Under the pieces are notes generated by a model. The model was given only the letters and a program-made list of their open reading frames with translations. It ran no database searches and was not told the DNA's origin. From NCBI RefSeq assembly GCF_000015025.1, contig NC_008578.1, positions 750,001 through 782,000 of the forward strand: 32,000 bases of DNA, in the 5' to 3' direction. This document shows positions 29,201-32,000 of the stretch, in pieces. The DNA comes from Acidothermus cellulolyticus 11B. GTDB lineage: Bacteria; Actinomycetota; Actinomycetes; Acidothermales; Acidothermaceae. The translations under genes and the position numbers were made by a program. Position 1 is the stretch's first letter; the number at the start of each line of letters is the position of its first letter.

Positions 29201-30865
29201 ATGAGCAGCGAACCCACCGGGCGGCACTCGGCGGCTGCGCCGGCCGGTTTTCAGGTCTACGACACCACCCTGCGTGACGGCGCCCAGGGTGAAGGAATGG
29301 CCCTCACGGTGGCGGACAAGCTCGCCATTGCCCGGCACCTCGACGACCTCGGTGTCGGCTTCATTGAAGGCGGCTGGCCGGGCGCCCTGCCGAAAGACAC
29401 CGAATTCTTCCGCCGGGCGCGGACCGAATTGACCCTCCGCAACGCGGTGTTGGTCGCGTTCGGCGCGACCCGTAAGCCCGAGAGCAGGGTGGAAGCAGAT
29501 CCGCAGGTTCTCGCCCTCCTCGAAGCGGAGACCCCGGCCGTCTGCCTGGTGGCCAAGAGCCACGTGCGTCACGTCAGCGAGGCGCTCCGGACCTCGTTGG
29601 ACGAGAACCTCGCGATGATCCGCGATACTGTCGCGTTCTTCCGCCGGGAAGGACGACGGGTTTTCCTCGACGCCGAGCACTTCTTCGACGGGTACGCCGC
29701 TGATCCGCAGTACGCCGTCGAGTGTGTCCGGGTCGCTGCGGAGTCCGGAGCCGAGGTCGTCGTCCTGTGTGACACCAACGGGGGAATGCTCCCGCCGCGG
29801 ATCGCTGACGTCGTGCACGAGGTTGCCGAGCGGACCGGCGTGCCGCTGGGCATCCACTGCCACGATGACACCGGCTGCGCGGTCGCGAACACGCTCGCGG
29901 CGGTCGACGCCGGTGTCGTGCAGGTGCAGGGTGTCGTCAACGGGTACGGCGAGCGGTGCGGCAACGCCAACCTGATCACTGTGGTGGCCAACCTCGAGCT
30001 GAAGATGGGCCGCCGGGTGCTGCCGCCCGGCCGACTGGCCGAGCTCGGCCGGGTGAGCCACGCGATCGCGGAGGTCGCGAACCAGCCGCCGCGGGCCAAC
30101 CAGCCGTACGTGGGGCTCTCGGCGTTCGCGCACAAGGCCGGCCTCCACGCCTCGGCGATCAAGGTGTCACCGGATCTCTACCAGCACATCGACCCGGCCT
30201 TGGTCGGCAACGACATGCGGATGCTCGTCTCGGAGATGGCCGGCCGGGCCAGTGTCGAGTTGAAGAGCCGCCAGCTCGGCTTTGACCTGTCCGGTCAGCG
30301 TGATGCGGTGAGCCGGATCGTCGAGCGGGTGAAGAATCTCGAAGCACGCGGGTTCATGTTCGAAGCCGCCGATGCCTCCTTCGAATTGCTGCTCCGTGAA
30401 GAGCTTGACGGCGTCCCGACCCGGTTCTTCGACCTGGAGTCCTGGCGGGTCATCGTTGAGCGACGCGCGGACGGCGAGGTGGTCTCGGAGGCCACCGTGA
30501 AGGTGGTGGTCAAGGGGGAGCGGATCGTCGCGACCGCGGAAGGCAACGGCCCGGTGAACGCGCTGGACCGGGCGTTGCGGCAGGCGCTGGAGCGGCTGTA
30601 CCCGCAGCTTGCCGAGCTCGAACTCGTCGACTACAAGGTCCGCATCCTGGACGGCTCGCACGGCACCGGCGCGGTGACCCGGGTGCTGATTGAGACCAGT
30701 GACGGCGAGACCGAGTGGACGACGATCGGCGTCGACGGCAATGTGATCTCCGCTTCCTGGCAGGCCTTGGACGACGCGTACATGTACGGCTTGCTGCGTC
30801 AGCACGCCGGCTCGGGCGACCCGGCTGCCCAGGGGGTGTCAACCGCCGGTCCGCGGACTCGATAG
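29201..30865 (+). CDS. cimA: Citramalate synthase (LeuA/homocitrate synthase family, CimA type)
   Basis: 554 aa from ATG 29201 (GAGGAG 6 nt upstream). Motifs YDTTLRDGAQGEG, IEGGWPGALPKDTEFF and HCHDDTGCAVANTLAAVDAG, plus a C-terminal LeuA-dimer-like regulatory domain. The length fits CimA rather than the longer actinobacterial LeuA. Confidence 0.8.
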   Translation: MSSEPTGRHSAAAPAGFQVYDTTLRDGAQGEGMALTVADKLAIARHLDDLGVGFIEGGWPGALPKDTEFFRRARTELTLRNAVLVAFGATRKPESRVEADPQVLALLEAETPAVCLVAKSHVRHVSEALRTSLDENLAMIRDTVAFFRREGRRVFLDAEHFFDGYAADPQYAVECVRVAAESGAEVVVLCDTNGGMLPPRIADVVHEVAERTGVPLGIHCHDDTGCAVANTLAAVDAGVVQVQGVVNGYGERCGNANLITVVANLELKMGRRVLPPGRLAELGRVSHAIAEVANQPPRANQPYVGLSAFAHKAGLHASAIKVSPDLYQHIDPALVGNDMRMLVSEMAGRASVELKSRQLGFDLSGQRDAVSRIVERVKNLEARGFMFEAADASFELLLREELDGVPTRFFDLESWRVIVERRADGEVVSEATVKVVVKGERIVATAEGNGPVNALDRALRQALERLYPQLAELELVDYKVRILDGSHGTGAVTRVLIETSDGETEWTTIGVDGNVISASWQALDDAYMYGLLRQHAGSGDPAAQGVSTAGPRTR

Positions 30866-30874
30866 CGTCGGGGC

Positions 30875-32000
<1,126 letters not shown>

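Overview
High-GC actinobacterial-type chromosomal segment, almost entirely housekeeping genes on the + strand. Gene order: mnmA (3' end), [merA and tetR on the - strand, then a cupin], MetE-like protein, ligA, a polytopic membrane protein, gatC-gatA-gatB, a 2-hydroxyacid dehydrogenase, [porG-porA-porB plus a PorD::GltD-like fusion], a sigma-like single-pass membrane protein, ilvD, ilvB-ilvN-ilvC, serA, leuB, ilvE, cimA, an FAH-family hydrolase, gltX (5' end). The backbone mnmA-ligA-gatCAB-ilvBNC-serA-leuB-FAH-gltX matches the synteny known from Mycobacterium and Streptomyces. The best candidate for something new is a compositionally foreign insertion of about 4.7 kb (12.7-17.4 kb). It encodes a 2-oxoacid:ferredoxin-oxidoreductase-type enzyme in which the small delta/ferredoxin subunit is replaced by one 544-aa protein. 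That protein has a PorD-like N-terminal arm, a GltD/NfnB-like NAD(P)H flavoprotein and a PorD-like 2x[4Fe-4S] domain, which predicts a self-contained 2-oxoacid:NAD(P)+ oxidoreductase. The insertion is bracketed by an intact and a ghost copy of the 3' end of the 2-hydroxyacid dehydrogenase gene. Other points: (1) ilvB and cimA each have an upstream attenuator, consisting of a short and possibly leaderless leader peptide followed by a hairpin with a T6 run, and the two share sequence. (2) Several intergenic tandem repeats exist, and three of them re-copy the 3' terminus (stop codon included) of the upstream gene. (3) An orphan core MerA sits next to a TetR regulator. (4) A 654-aa membrane protein has a degenerate ECF-sigma-like N-terminus. 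I saw no tRNA, rRNA, CRISPR array, transposase or integrase by eye. All family assignments come from motif recognition in the translated ORFs, not from database searches.
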